Notes under the pieces: generated by a model
What the model saw: only the letters and a program-made list of their open reading frames with translations
Databases searched by the model: none
Told to the model about the DNA's origin: nothing
Shown here: piece by piece, positions 8,703-18,435 of the stretch
Layout of the letters: the number at the start of each line of letters is the position of its first letter
How positions within the stretch are numbered: position 1 is the stretch's first letter
Source of the DNA: Minisyncoccota bacterium
GTDB taxonomy: Bacteria > Patescibacteriota > Minisyncoccia > UBA6257 > GWB1-50-10
Direction: 5' to 3'
Length of the DNA stretch: 64,000 nt
Assembly: GCA_020059585.1 (NCBI GenBank)
Contig: JAGVBU010000008.1
Location: 22,163 to 86,162, forward strand
Translations under genes and position numbers: made by a program

Positions 8703-10664
8703 CTAGAACATGAACGGAGCAATAAGAAGCGCGATAATAGACATGAGTTTTATCAGAATATTAAGAGAAGGTCCTGCGGTATCCTTAAATGGATCTCCGA
8801 CAGTATCTCCCACCACTGCCGCTTTATGCGCCGCACTCCCTTTTCCCCCAAGATTTCCTGCTTCAATATATTTCTTCGCGTTATCCCATGATCCGCCCGA
8901 ATTTGCCATAAGCACCGCGAGCATGAATCCGCTTGCTACCGCACCGAGGAGAAATCCTCCAAGCGCCTCCTTCCCCAAAAGGAATCCCACAACAACAGGT
9001 GCAAGTATTGCGATAATTCCCGGCGCGATCATTTCTCTCAATGCGGCCTTCGTGCTGATTGCGACACACTGCGCATAGTCGGGTTTTGCGTTTCCTTCTG
9101 CAAGACCAGGAATTTCTTTCCATTGTCTCCGAACCTCACTCACAATACCAAAGGCCGCGCGCCCAACCGCGCTCATCGAAAAAGAAGAAAAGAGAAAAGG
9201 AAGGAATCCTCCAATAAGCACGCCGACAAGCACATTAATGTCGATCATATTGATCACCTCAAGTTCCGCAATATGCGCATAACTCACTCCAAGCACAACC
9301 GCGGTGAGCGCCGCCGATCCTATTGCGAATCCCTTTCCTATCGCCGCGGTAGTATTCCCCACTGAATCAAGTTCTTCGGCACGGCGGCGCGTTTCTTCCC
9401 CAAGATGCGCCATTTCCGCAATCCCCGCGGCATTATCTGCAACCGGACCATATGTATCAGCGGCAAGCGTAATACCAAGCGTTGAAAGCATTCCAACGGC
9501 CGCCATCGCAACTCCATATACACCGCTCATTTTGTAAGAGATTAATATCGTTGCGGCAATAATAAGTACCGGTATTCCGATACTCATCATTCCAAGCCCC
9601 AATCCCTCGATGATGTTCGTTCCCGCACCCGTTTCTGCCGCCGCGGAAACTTTCTTTGTCGGAGAAAAACGGGCCGATGTGTAGTATTCGGTCACTACAC
9701 CGATAATAATCCCTGCGATAAGTCCCGATGCGATCGCGTAAAACACATACACATTATTCAGAAGATATACCGCACCGAAAAAGGATGCGATAAGCGAAAG
9801 TACCGCAGCAGACCATATTCCAAAGTTCAGCACAAAATGTGGTTTTGCGTTTTTAAGAAACGAAGCGAATATACTCCCAAGAATGCTCGCGAGAATACCG
9901 AATGCCGCGATAACAAGCGGAAATACAACCGCATATCCGCCAAGCGCGACACTTGCGGTTCCTAAAACCATCGCCACAATAATCGAATCAACATAACTCT
10001 CAAAAAGATCCGCGCCCATTCCCGCGACATCACCGACGTTGTCTCCAACATTATCCGCGATAACCGCAGGATTTCTCGGATCGTCTTCAGGAATGCCTGC
10101 CTCAACTTTTCCCACAAGATCCGCGCCCACGTCAGCGGCCTTCGTGTAGATACCTCCCCCGACGCGCGCAAAGAGCGCGATAAGTGACGCTCCAAATCCA
10201 AATCCATAAATGATTTCAGGATCACCGTACATAATATACAAAATGCTCACGCCGAGAAGCCCTAAGCTCACCACAGAAAGTCCCATAACCGTCCCCGACG
10301 AGAACGCAATCCTCAATCCCTTCGAAATATTTTCTTTCACCGCCCATGCTGTTCTTCCATTCGCTGCGGTCGCAATTCTCATTCCGATATTTCCCGATAT
10401 TGCCGAAAAAAGCGATCCCGCAACAAACGCGATCGCGATTCGCGAATCAAGAAGGAACGCGAGAAGCGCCGCTACCACAACCGCGAATATCACGATCACC
10501 TGATATTCTTTCTTAAGAAACGCAATAGCGCCTTCACGGATATATGAGGATATCATCCGTACTTCTTCAGACCCCTCATCCGCTTTTTTTACTTTCCATG
10601 CGAGAACCGCACTAAAAAGCAATCCGAGAACGGATATGCCTATAACAAAAAATTCATTCCACAT
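8703..10664 (-). CDS. hppA: Membrane-bound ion-translocating pyrophosphatase, K+-dependent type, probably Na+-pumping
   Basis: [51 protein letters not shown]. Confidence 0.96.
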   Translation of the reverse strand: MWNEFFVIGISVLGLLFSAVLAWKVKKADEGSEEVRMISSYIREGAIAFLKKEYQVIVIFAVVVAALLAFLLDSRIAIAFVAGSLFSAISGNIGMRIATAANGRTAWAVKENISKGLRIAFSSGTVMGLSVVSLGLLGVSILYIMYGDPEIIYGFGFGASLIALFARVGGGIYTKAADVGADLVGKVEAGIPEDDPRNPAVIADNVGDNVGDVAGMGADLFESYVDSIIVAMVLGTASVALGGYAVVFPLVIAAFGILASILGSIFASFLKNAKPHFVLNFGIWSAAVLSLIASFFGAVYLLNNVYVFYAIASGLIAGIIIGVVTEYYTSARFSPTKKVSAAAETGAGTNIIEGLGLGMMSIGIPVLIIAATILISYKMSGVYGVAMAAVGMLSTLGITLAADTYGPVADNAAGIAEMAHLGEETRRRAEELDSVGNTTAAIGKGFAIGSAALTAVVLGVSYAHIAELEVINMIDINVLVGVLIGGFLPFLFSSFSMSAVGRAAFGIVSEVRRQWKEIPGLAEGNAKPDYAQCVAISTKAALREMIAPGIIAILAPVVVGFLLGKEALGGFLLGAVASGFMLAVLMANSGGSWDNAKKYIEAGNLGGKGSAAHKAAVVGDTVGDPFKDTAGPSLNILIKLMSIIALLIAPFMF

Positions 10665-10697
10665 AATTATTGTGTCTTTATATACTACGACTTTGTT

Positions 10698-11882
10698 TTA
10701 TTGTTTTTCCTCCGCGGATTCCTGTTCTTTCGGAGCATCCGCCACTCCTCCTTCCTGTACCTCATCGGGATTCGATTGAGATCGAACATCAATCTTCCAC
10801 CCCGTAAGTCTCGCCGCGAGGCGTACATTCTGCCCACCCTTCCCTATTGCGAGAGAAAGCTGGTCTTCCGCGACAAGTACTCGAGCTTCCCGCCGAGGAA
10901 GCAATTCAACAAGCTTCACCTTCGCGGGCGAAAGTGAATGGGATATGAATTTCTCCACATCCTCAGACCATTCGACGATGTCTATTTTTTCATTTCCCAG
11001 CTCGTTGGTCACCGCCATCACGCGCATTCCTCGCTGCCCCACCGCCGATCCAACCGGATCCACTCCCTCCTGATTCGAGGCAACTGCAATTTTCGTCCTG
11101 CTTCCCGATTCACGCGCAATACCCTTTATTTCCACGATACTTTCCGCCATCTCGGGAATTTCAAGTTCGAATAATTTCACGACAAATCTCGGATGCGCGC
11201 GCGAAAGTATTATTCCGGGTCGGCGCGGATCGTCTTGTACCGCAAGAACAAAAAACCGCATACGCTGACCCACGCGATAATGCTCGCTTGGAATGCTCTC
11301 GTTGGGAAACATAATTCCAATCGCGCGTCCCAAATCCACATACACATTTCCGCGTTCAAACCGCTGAATGATACCGCTCACTATTTCCCCCTCTTTTCCC
11401 GAGAATTCCTGTTGTATTGATTTCCGTTCTGCCTCCCTAATACTTTGCAATATCACCTGCTTCGCGGTCTGCGCGGCAATGCGTCCAAAATCCGCGTGCA
11501 TCTCGAGCGGGAACTCCAATTCTTCTCCGATGACCGCGTCCTTTTTTATTTTCTTTGCATCAGCGAGAAAAATGTGGCGATCCTCGTTGTACCGCGGGAG
11601 CGCCGTTTCGTCCTCTTTCGTCTCTTTCTGTTCTTCCACCTCTTCCTCGTCGGCTACAATGCGCACTTCTTCGGGATCAACGACGGTTTTTATCTGCCAA
11701 AATTTTATATTTCCCGTAGAAAGATCGAACTTCGAGCGGATTACTTCGGTTTTTTTCCTGTATTCGCGCTTATACGCGGCGGCAATCGCCGATTCAACCG
11801 CCTCAAGCACGCGATCCGAAGGAATCCCCTTCTCCGCGGCGATCTGATCAATGGCAGTACCGAGTGATTTTATATCCATCAT
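10698..11882 (-). CDS. nusA: Transcription termination/antitermination factor NusA
   Basis: FGRIAAQTAKQ, S1 and KH domains, SLAIGKGGQNVRLAARLTGWKIDV. Confidence 0.97.
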   Translation of the reverse strand: MMDIKSLGTAIDQIAAEKGIPSDRVLEAVESAIAAAYKREYRKKTEVIRSKFDLSTGNIKFWQIKTVVDPEEVRIVADEEEVEEQKETKEDETALPRYNEDRHIFLADAKKIKKDAVIGEELEFPLEMHADFGRIAAQTAKQVILQSIREAERKSIQQEFSGKEGEIVSGIIQRFERGNVYVDLGRAIGIMFPNESIPSEHYRVGQRMRFFVLAVQDDPRRPGIILSRAHPRFVVKLFELEIPEMAESIVEIKGIARESGSRTKIAVASNQEGVDPVGSAVGQRGMRVMAVTNELGNEKIDIVEWSEDVEKFISHSLSPAKVKLVELLPRREARVLVAEDQLSLAIGKGGQNVRLAARLTGWKIDVRSQSNPDEVQEGGVADAPKEQESAEEKQ

Positions 11883-11931
11883 ATCTTTATTTATTTTTTT
11901 GACCTTTTTCCCTCTTGCGCGAGGTTTTTAA

Positions 11932-11962
11932 TAAACATCCGCTCACAAGGAGCGGTCGTTTA
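11932..11962 (-). promoter_or_regulatory. nusA 5' leader hairpin with weak U-tract; possible NusA-dependent attenuator
   Basis: Sense strand taaacga-ccgctc-cttgt-gagcgg-atgttta-tt, between the promoter and the nusA start. Confidence 0.5.
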
Positions 11963-11974
11963 CGGTATGTGAAT

Positions 11975-12023
11975 AGTCTACTCCCAAACACAAAATCAGT
12001 CAACAATCCTCATGTTATCCACA
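11975..12023 (-). promoter_or_regulatory. Sigma70-type nusA promoter with upstream DnaA box
   Basis: TTGACT (12003-11998), 17 bp spacer, TAGACT (11980-11975); TTATCCACA at 12015-12023. Confidence 0.65.
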
Positions 12024-12146
12024 GGGCGCTATATGACCGCATAAATACAACACGGAAAGAGTTTTGTCTTTTTATGAAAATAAACGCGACAACAACACTA
12101 TATCTCCATAAAAATAAAAATCGTCCAAAAAACAGCAGAAAAAGCG

Positions 12147-12518
12147 CTAACAGACGTTTTCGTAGTGATGCGCCACAAAATCATTTCCCACTTTTGCGAG
12201 CGCAATGAGATCTAAACGAAATCCCACCCTATCATCCACAAGATTTTTTCTTGCGTTTGCATAAAGCGAAGAGGAATTCCTGAAATTGTTTATTTTTTGA
12301 GGCGTCATATGATCTTCCGGATGAAATCCTTCCGCGGAAAACTCTCTCGATGTTTTTACCTCAACAAACACAAGCGTTCCGTTTTTATCCCGCGCCACAA
12401 TATCTATTTCTCCGCAACGCATACGCGCGTTTTTCTCAATAATCTCGTATCCTTTCTTTTTCAGAAATTCGCACGCATACGCTTCTCCTTCAGCGCCAAG
12501 GTTGTTTTTCTCCTTCAT
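12147..12518 (-). CDS. YraN family (UPF0102) putative endonuclease
   Basis: LGAEGE..A..FL..KGY.I...N, GEIDIVA, LVFVEVKT, RLDLIA. Confidence 0.92.
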   Translation of the reverse strand: MKEKNNLGAEGEAYACEFLKKKGYEIIEKNARMRCGEIDIVARDKNGTLVFVEVKTSREFSAEGFHPEDHMTPQKINNFRNSSSLYANARKNLVDDRVGFRLDLIALAKVGNDFVAHHYENVC

Positions 12519-12625
12519 TGTAATAAGTATACCTCTCCAAATGTTTCGATAAAAAAATATCTAAGGATTGACAAATCTGAAACAATATTTTATTTTAATC
12601 TGAGCATCTTTAACAAGGACTCCAT

Positions 12626-12862
12626 ATGGACGCTATCCATTCATTTAAAGACATTCCTCTTTCGCGTATCCAAATCCACCGTTTTGGCGCAACTATCTTC
12701 CATTGCGGAAAGGTTATGAAAAATGTTTCTGTTTCCAGATTTATGCAATGTGAGAAATGCAAAAAAACAATCATGAAAGAACTAAGAAGGTTTTTCGAAT
12801 GTCCACAATGCGGAGAAATAATACCCATTTATACATTAAAAAGAAAAGGAGGTACTCCGTGA
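12626..12862 (+). CDS. Small putative zinc-ribbon protein
   Basis: CEKC...CPQCG Cys pairs; SD-like aagga before the ATG; AT-rich. Confidence 0.5.
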   Translation: MDAIHSFKDIPLSRIQIHRFGATIFHCGKVMKNVSVSRFMQCEKCKKTIMKELRRFFECPQCGEIIPIYTLKRKGGTP

Positions 12863-13125
12863 TTGAAACTATTGTTTTCTTTTTTATCGTACTCATTACC
12901 CTCTTTGGATATTTTTGGAATGAGGAGAGAAGAAAGATTTATATTCTTCTTTCTATCATCTCAGGTATCGTTGTCTACTTTCTGGTTCCGAAAGGATCGG
13001 AGATGTATATTCTTATGATAATTATGTGTGTATTATTCTTTTTCGGGCATACGTTTATAAAAAAGGCAGTTCTTCTCTTTATGTTAGGGATAGGGAATGT
13101 GCCTGACGGCGAAAAAGAGGAATAA
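12859..13125 (+). CDS. Small hypothetical membrane protein
   Basis: AGGAGG SD before GTG 12859, which overlaps the upstream stop (GTGA); three hydrophobic segments. Confidence 0.55.
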   Translation: MIETIVFFFIVLITLFGYFWNEERRKIYILLSIISGIVVYFLVPKGSEMYILMIIMCVLFFFGHTFIKKAVLLFMLGIGNVPDGEKEE

Positions 13126-13131
13126 ATTTTT

Positions 13132-13160
13132 AAAAACACCAGATTAATGGTGTTTTTTTT
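13132..13160 (+). terminator. Intrinsic terminator
   Basis: aaaaacacca-gattaa-tggtgtttttttt. Confidence 0.7.
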
Positions 13161-13202
13161 AAAGAAATAAAAAATTAATTTTTATATGTAAATTTATGTG
13201 TA

Positions 13203-13352
13203 AAAATGTTTATCGGTAAACAATTTTTTCGCCTATTTTTGAAAAATGTAGGTTTTATCGCATTATCAGGTTGTTTATACAAAATGTTTATCGGTAAACA
13301 ATTTTGGGTCATTTTTAATAAAATGTAGGTTTTATCGCATTATCAGGTTGTT
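13203..13352. repeat. Tandem direct repeat, two copies, period 77-78 bp, each with the 16-bp palindrome TGTTTATCGGTAAACA
   Basis: aaaatgtttatcggtaaacaatttt at 13203 and 13281; aaaatgtaggttttatcgcattatcaggttgtt in both copies. Confidence 0.9.
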
Positions 13353-13450
13353 AAAAAATTAACCAGTTTTTCTTGATTTTTTCTGTTTTTGAATTTTACA
13401 CAAAAAAAGACCACAAAACGGGCATTTTCTAGATTTCCTATAAACGAGGT

Positions 13451-14131
13451 TTACTTTATTGTTTCTATCCAGACCTTCCCATCCGCAAACGCGATATATG
13501 AAACGGGGGAGTCGGCCCAGGATCCCGAGTTCAGATATCGAACTCCATGTACTACCGTATCCATAGGCTGGTGAGTGTGTCCGCACACCACGTTCTTTAT
13601 GTTTTTATTCAGCGCGTGCGCCGCGGCCCCGCGCGCGACCCTCTTCGAAAGACGTAGCCACGATTTGTATCTTCGTTTTACGAACCTGCTTACAATCTGT
13701 TTCTTCCCCTCAATCTTCTGCAAAAGGCGGTAGGGCACCCCCATCGTCGTTCCCACTATCTCATTTTTTATGAGAAAACGGTCAAATTGATGTCCGTGTA
13801 TCGCAAGATACCGTTCCCCGTTATATGAGAATATATATTCGGAACAAACTTGCGCTCCAACAAGCATAAAGAAGTTCTTCGTGGAAACATCATGATTTCC
13901 CGCAATCCATATTATTTCCGTTCCGTTCCCCGACCTCTCGCGGAGAAGCGAAAGAAATTCCCAGTCCTCATTATGCAAACGGCGCGAATTCGCGCTGTCA
14001 AAGATATCTCCATTCAAAATTATTTTTTTTATCGTCCGTCCACTGAGAAATTCAGTGAGCTCTTTCACGCGCGACATATCAGATCCAAGATGCACATCTG
14101 AAACCACAAGAACGTCTAAGTGAGTGTCCAT
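13451..14131 (-). CDS. Calcineurin-like metallophosphoesterase (UDP-2,3-diacylglucosamine diphosphatase-like)
   Basis: SDVHLG, LNGDIFD, GNHD, HGHQFD, CGHTH, NSGSW. Confidence 0.88.
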   Translation of the reverse strand: MDTHLDVLVVSDVHLGSDMSRVKELTEFLSGRTIKKIILNGDIFDSANSRRLHNEDWEFLSLLRERSGNGTEIIWIAGNHDVSTKNFFMLVGAQVCSEYIFSYNGERYLAIHGHQFDRFLIKNEIVGTTMGVPYRLLQKIEGKKQIVSRFVKRRYKSWLRLSKRVARGAAAHALNKNIKNVVCGHTHQPMDTVVHGVRYLNSGSWADSPVSYIAFADGKVWIETIK

Positions 14132-14145
14132 AAATATAAAAACAC

Positions 14146-15456
14146 TTAGAGTGTACGTGATTTAATAACGCGCGTCAAAGCATTCATTTCTTTCTTTGTT
14201 GTTGCCGCGATAAAAAAGCGAATAAGCGGTTCCGTATTCGCGGGACGCACATTAATCCACGAGGTTTTAAAGATAAATGTTTTTCCATCGGTAAAGTCTA
14301 TCTTCTTTGCCTTTGCGGTTAAAAGACTTTCTATACGCGCAATATCAAGATTTATCAATGGTATGTTTACAAGATTAATAAATAAAGAGGGGAGCTGATC
14401 AAAAAACTTTCCCAATGATCCCTCTTCGTTTGAAAGCGCGGAAAGAAGGGTCATTGCGGCAAGAATTCCCGAGTCGGCAAAGAAAAAGTCTCTGAAATAA
14501 TAGTGTCCCGAATATTCTCCCGCAACCGAGGCGTTCTCTTTTCTCATCTTCTCCTTTATAAAATACGTACCCACTTTCGTCTTGAAAATTTTTCCTGAAA
14601 ATCCCACGCTCCTCAACATGTGATACATCAATATCTCACTCACAAAGGGCTCTTTAAAAACCTTAAGAAAAAGGAACATAGCGGCATATGAGGGAATTAA
14701 TCTTCCTTTTGCGTCTACAAAAAATACCCTGTCCGCATCGGCATCAAATGCAATTCCAATGTCTGCCCCTATGTCTCTCACTTTACGCGCAAGGGGAGTA
14801 AGCGCTCCGGAAGCAAGGGGGTTAGGATTCCTCTTTGGAAAACGTCCGTCGGGATTGGAAAAAAGAAAATACGCATCGATGTTCTTTACGCGCGGGATAA
14901 GCTTTCTCAATACGATACCCGCAACGCCGTTTCCGCAATCGAATATTACGCGCATTGGCCTCTTTATCTTTGTATATGATTCCAGAAAATCTACGTATTC
15001 CGGAATGACATTTTTCCGAATCACCGTTCCTCGTGTTTTTTCTTTTTTCCATTCTTTTTTTTGCATACGCGCGCGCATTACCTCCCTTCCTATCTCCCTC
15101 CCTCCAATCATGCGCGCACCCTTTCCAACCACCTTAAAACCATTCCACTCTCTTGGATTATGCGATGCGGTCACCATAATCCCCCCCGCGGCACGATGCG
15201 TATTCACGGCAAAATAGAACATGGGGGTCGTAGCCATACCTATAGTCCACACGGAAAAATTTTTGTTTTTTCTCAGTTCATCTTGAAGCGCGCGGAAAAG
15301 AGCGGGGGAACTGATACGCGCATCGTACCCGATTATCACAACGCCCTTTTTTACTATCTTTCCGAACGCGCGAGCGACGCAACGAGCCGTCTCGGTATTA
15401 AGATCGCGCCCATATACCCCGCGGACGTCGTACGTCCTGAATATCGAATCATCCAT
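14146..15456 (-). CDS. Phosphomannomutase/phosphoglucomutase
   Basis: IFRTYDVRG, TASHNP, FDADADR, GEYSGH, VRPANTEP; start placed at MDDSIF. Confidence 0.93.
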   Translation of the reverse strand: MDDSIFRTYDVRGVYGRDLNTETARCVARAFGKIVKKGVVIIGYDARISSPALFRALQDELRKNKNFSVWTIGMATTPMFYFAVNTHRAAGGIMVTASHNPREWNGFKVVGKGARMIGGREIGREVMRARMQKKEWKKEKTRGTVIRKNVIPEYVDFLESYTKIKRPMRVIFDCGNGVAGIVLRKLIPRVKNIDAYFLFSNPDGRFPKRNPNPLASGALTPLARKVRDIGADIGIAFDADADRVFFVDAKGRLIPSYAAMFLFLKVFKEPFVSEILMYHMLRSVGFSGKIFKTKVGTYFIKEKMRKENASVAGEYSGHYYFRDFFFADSGILAAMTLLSALSNEEGSLGKFFDQLPSLFINLVNIPLINLDIARIESLLTAKAKKIDFTDGKTFIFKTSWINVRPANTEPLIRFFIAATTKKEMNALTRVIKSRTL

Positions 15457-15506
15457 TACATTGAATTTTATTCCAATGTGCACTTTAATGAAATAGTATC
15501 AATTAT

Positions 15507-17606
15507 ATGAGCAGATCAAAAAAGAACGGGAAACGGAAAGAACAGCGAACGCCACAATCCCAGCAAAGGATAACTATTCGTGAATCAATCCACCCTGATA
15601 TCGCAAAGACCATTATGGTCGTTTTTTTCTTGGGTATCGCCGTACTCTTTATTCTCGCGGGAGTCGGACAGGCGGGGCCATGGGGAGAAGCATCATATCA
15701 CGGACTTTCAAAACTCTTTGGTCTTGGATATTTCCTTTTTCCCCTCATCTTCTTCATTCTCGCGTTCTCTTTTATTTCAAAAGAGGCTTATGAAGACAAT
15801 CGCGTTATTGGCATCACCGCGGGTGCAAGCATATTTCTTTTTCTCTCAGGGCTCGGACTCATTGACCTCATTCTTCCGGACCGCGGGGGATTTGTAGGAA
15901 AATTTGTCGGATCTCTCGAATCTCCATTTGGAATTCCCGCGGCCTTCGTCATTATGCTCGTGGTAGTGATTATCTCATTTCTTGTCGCGTTAAATCGTCC
16001 CCTTAATTTGAATCTTTTCTCATTAAAGAAAAAAAGAGAGATTGAGCCTGAAGAAAAGAAAGTGGCGATAACGCTTCCTGAGGCAATACCCACTTCCACT
16101 AAAAAAGAAGAAGAAAAACCGAAAGAAAAAAAGAGAGATGAGGAGGAAAAGAAAATGACTACTATGGACGACATTCCATCACTCTCCGAAGGAAAGGCAA
16201 AACCGATAAAAAACTATGTCGCGCCGCCCCTCTCACTTCTTTCATCCGTCGTTGAGAAACCGACGATCGGCGATCTCCACGCGAACGCAAATATCATCAA
16301 ACGCACTCTTGAAAGTTTCGGCATTTCCGTTGAGATGGGAGAGATAAACGTAGGACCGACGGTCACGCGCTATACATTGAAACCCGCCGAAGGCGTACGC
16401 CTTTCCCGCATTCTTGCGCTCGGACAGGATCTTGCGCTTGCGCTTGCGGCGCATCCGATCCGCATTGAGGCGCCGATCCCTGGAAAATCCCTCGTCGGCA
16501 TTGAGGTTCCAAACAAGGCCGCGGCAACAGTACGCCTTGGAAGCATTCTCCTTTATCCTGAATTCCAAAAGCTTGGCGCTCTCGCGTTCGGACTCGGAAG
16601 AAATGTGAGCGGAGAACCAATCTTCCAAGACATCGGAAAAATGCCTCATCTTCTTGTCGCGGGAGCAACCGGGAGCGGAAAATCAATCACGCTTCATGCC
16701 GTACTTCTTTCTCTTTTATTTAAAAACTCTCCTGAGATGCTTCAATTTATTATGGTGGATCCCAAACGCGTCGAGCTTTCGATATATGGGGGCATTCCGC
16801 ATCTTTTAACCCCCGTGATCACCGACAATAAAAAAGCTCTCGGTGCGCTTCGGTGGGCAATACAGGAAATGGATCGCCGCTATCAGCTTCTCCTCGAATC
16901 CGGATCGCGTGATATAAAAAGCTATCACAAAAACCACGGAAGTCTTCCTTATATCATTATTGTCATTGATGAACTTGCTGATCTTATGTCCTCATACGGC
17001 AGGGAGGTGGAGGGCGCCATTATTCGGCTTGCCCAGATGGCACGCGCAACGGGAATTCATCTCATTGTTTCAACTCAACGCCCTTCGGTTGAGGTCATCA
17101 CTGGGCTTATTAAGGCAAACATTACGACGCGCATCGCGCTTCAGGTCGCGAGTCAGATTGATTCCCGCACCATTATCGATAGCGCAGGCGCCGAAAAACT
17201 TCTTGGGCGAGGCGATCTTCTCTTTGTTTCCGCCGAACTCTCAAAACCAAAACGCGTGCAAGGAGCCTTTATTACCGAGGACGAAATAAAGAGCGTCGTC
17301 AGTTTTATAAAGAAAAATAATCAAACACTCACCTCGGAACATATAAACACCACGACTCTTGAAGAAGCGAATGATCGGCCATCTTTGAATTTCGAGGATT
17401 TTGAGGCAAAAGGAGATGGTGACGATGATGAATTATACGAAGAGGCGGTTGAGGTGATACGAAACGCGGGAAAAGCATCCGCGTCTCTTCTCCAGCGCAG
17501 ACTTAAAGTCGGATACGCCCGCGCGGCCCGTCTTCTTGATATGATGGAGGAACGAGGCGTAGTGGGACCCGGTGATGGCGCAAAACCGAGAGACGTACTC
17601 TTATAA
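15507..17606 (+). CDS. ftsK: DNA translocase FtsK/SpoIIIE
   Basis: N-terminal transmembrane region, MPHLLVAGATGSGKS, IDELADLM, TQRPSV, gamma domain LQRRLKVGYARAARLLD. Confidence 0.97.
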   Translation: MSRSKKNGKRKEQRTPQSQQRITIRESIHPDIAKTIMVVFFLGIAVLFILAGVGQAGPWGEASYHGLSKLFGLGYFLFPLIFFILAFSFISKEAYEDNRVIGITAGASIFLFLSGLGLIDLILPDRGGFVGKFVGSLESPFGIPAAFVIMLVVVIISFLVALNRPLNLNLFSLKKKREIEPEEKKVAITLPEAIPTSTKKEEEKPKEKKRDEEEKKMTTMDDIPSLSEGKAKPIKNYVAPPLSLLSSVVEKPTIGDLHANANIIKRTLESFGISVEMGEINVGPTVTRYTLKPAEGVRLSRILALGQDLALALAAHPIRIEAPIPGKSLVGIEVPNKAAATVRLGSILLYPEFQKLGALAFGLGRNVSGEPIFQDIGKMPHLLVAGATGSGKSITLHAVLLSLLFKNSPEMLQFIMVDPKRVELSIYGGIPHLLTPVITDNKKALGALRWAIQEMDRRYQLLLESGSRDIKSYHKNHGSLPYIIIVIDELADLMSSYGREVEGAIIRLAQMARATGIHLIVSTQRPSVEVITGLIKANITTRIALQVASQIDSRTIIDSAGAEKLLGRGDLLFVSAELSKPKRVQGAFITEDEIKSVVSFIKKNNQTLTSEHINTTTLEEANDRPSLNFEDFEAKGDGDDDELYEEAVEVIRNAGKASASLLQRRLKVGYARAARLLDMMEERGVVGPGDGAKPRDVLL

Positions 17607-17628
17607 AAAGAAATTACACGCGCTCTTT

Positions 17629-17656
17629 GCCAGCCCATCTATTGCGATGGGCTGGC
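17629..17656. other. GC-rich hairpin downstream of ftsK with no clear U-tract
   Basis: gccagcccatc-tattgc-gatgggctggc. Confidence 0.6.
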
Positions 17657-17696
17657 GAGTATTGAGTGTTCATGATAAAGAATATACTATAAACGC

Positions 17697-18428
17697 ATGG
17701 AGGAACGTTCCGCATCAGAAATATTCACCGACGCCATGAAAGCAAAGGGGCTTTCGGTGGAAAAGCTCGCGCAAATAACCGGAATTTCCGACCGATTTCT
17801 CTCGTTACTCCTCGATGATCGGTTCGATAAACTTCCTTCGGCGCCGTACGTTCACGGATATATACTCAAGATAGCGGAAACTCTCAATCTCGACGGAGAA
17901 GAGTTGTGGCGAACATATTTTAAACACACGGGAATCGTCAAAAAATCAGGAGCAGAAGACGCGCTCCCCAAGAACAGATTTCGTTCGCACGTGATAAACA
18001 AGAAGGTGTTTCTGTGGGGTGTATTCATATTTTTCGTGGCCGCGTACGTGCTTACCCAGCTTTTCTCATTTTTTAAAAATCCAGGCGTCTTTCTCGAGGG
18101 TATTGATGATAATACCGTAGTCACGACATCCTCGTTCCATCTCATAGGTAAAGCCGATCCCAAAGACAATATTATATTAAACGGAGAACAATTATATCCG
18201 CGAGACGACGGATCATTCGAAAAAAACCTTATACTCGCTCCAGGATTTAACACTCTCACATTTGAAGTAAAAAAATTCCTAGGGAAGGAATACTCTTTTG
18301 AAAGACAGTTGTTTTACGAAGCGCCCACAAGCACAGAACGCGAACCAATAATCGAAGAAGCGGAAGTTGAAGAATCAGGAGGGGGATCCTCTTTGGAAGA
18401 TAGTACCGAAACTTCAGACGGGTTATAA
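17697..18428 (+). CDS. RodZ-like helix-turn-helix membrane protein
   Basis: N-terminal HTH with [11 protein letters not shown], one transmembrane segment, Ig-like C-terminal region; follows ftsK. Confidence 0.8.
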   Translation: MEERSASEIFTDAMKAKGLSVEKLAQITGISDRFLSLLLDDRFDKLPSAPYVHGYILKIAETLNLDGEELWRTYFKHTGIVKKSGAEDALPKNRFRSHVINKKVFLWGVFIFFVAAYVLTQLFSFFKNPGVFLEGIDDNTVVTTSSFHLIGKADPKDNIILNGEQLYPRDDGSFEKNLILAPGFNTLTFEVKKFLGKEYSFERQLFYEAPTSTEREPIIEEAEVEESGGGSSLEDSTETSDGL

Positions 18429-18435
18429 TAGCCCT

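Noticed and set aside
13203-13352. Repeat as a CRISPR array or dif site
   Set aside because: Only two units, made of two different conserved blocks, with no cas genes. It does not match XerC/XerD arm symmetry well and lies near dnaA rather than the expected terminus.
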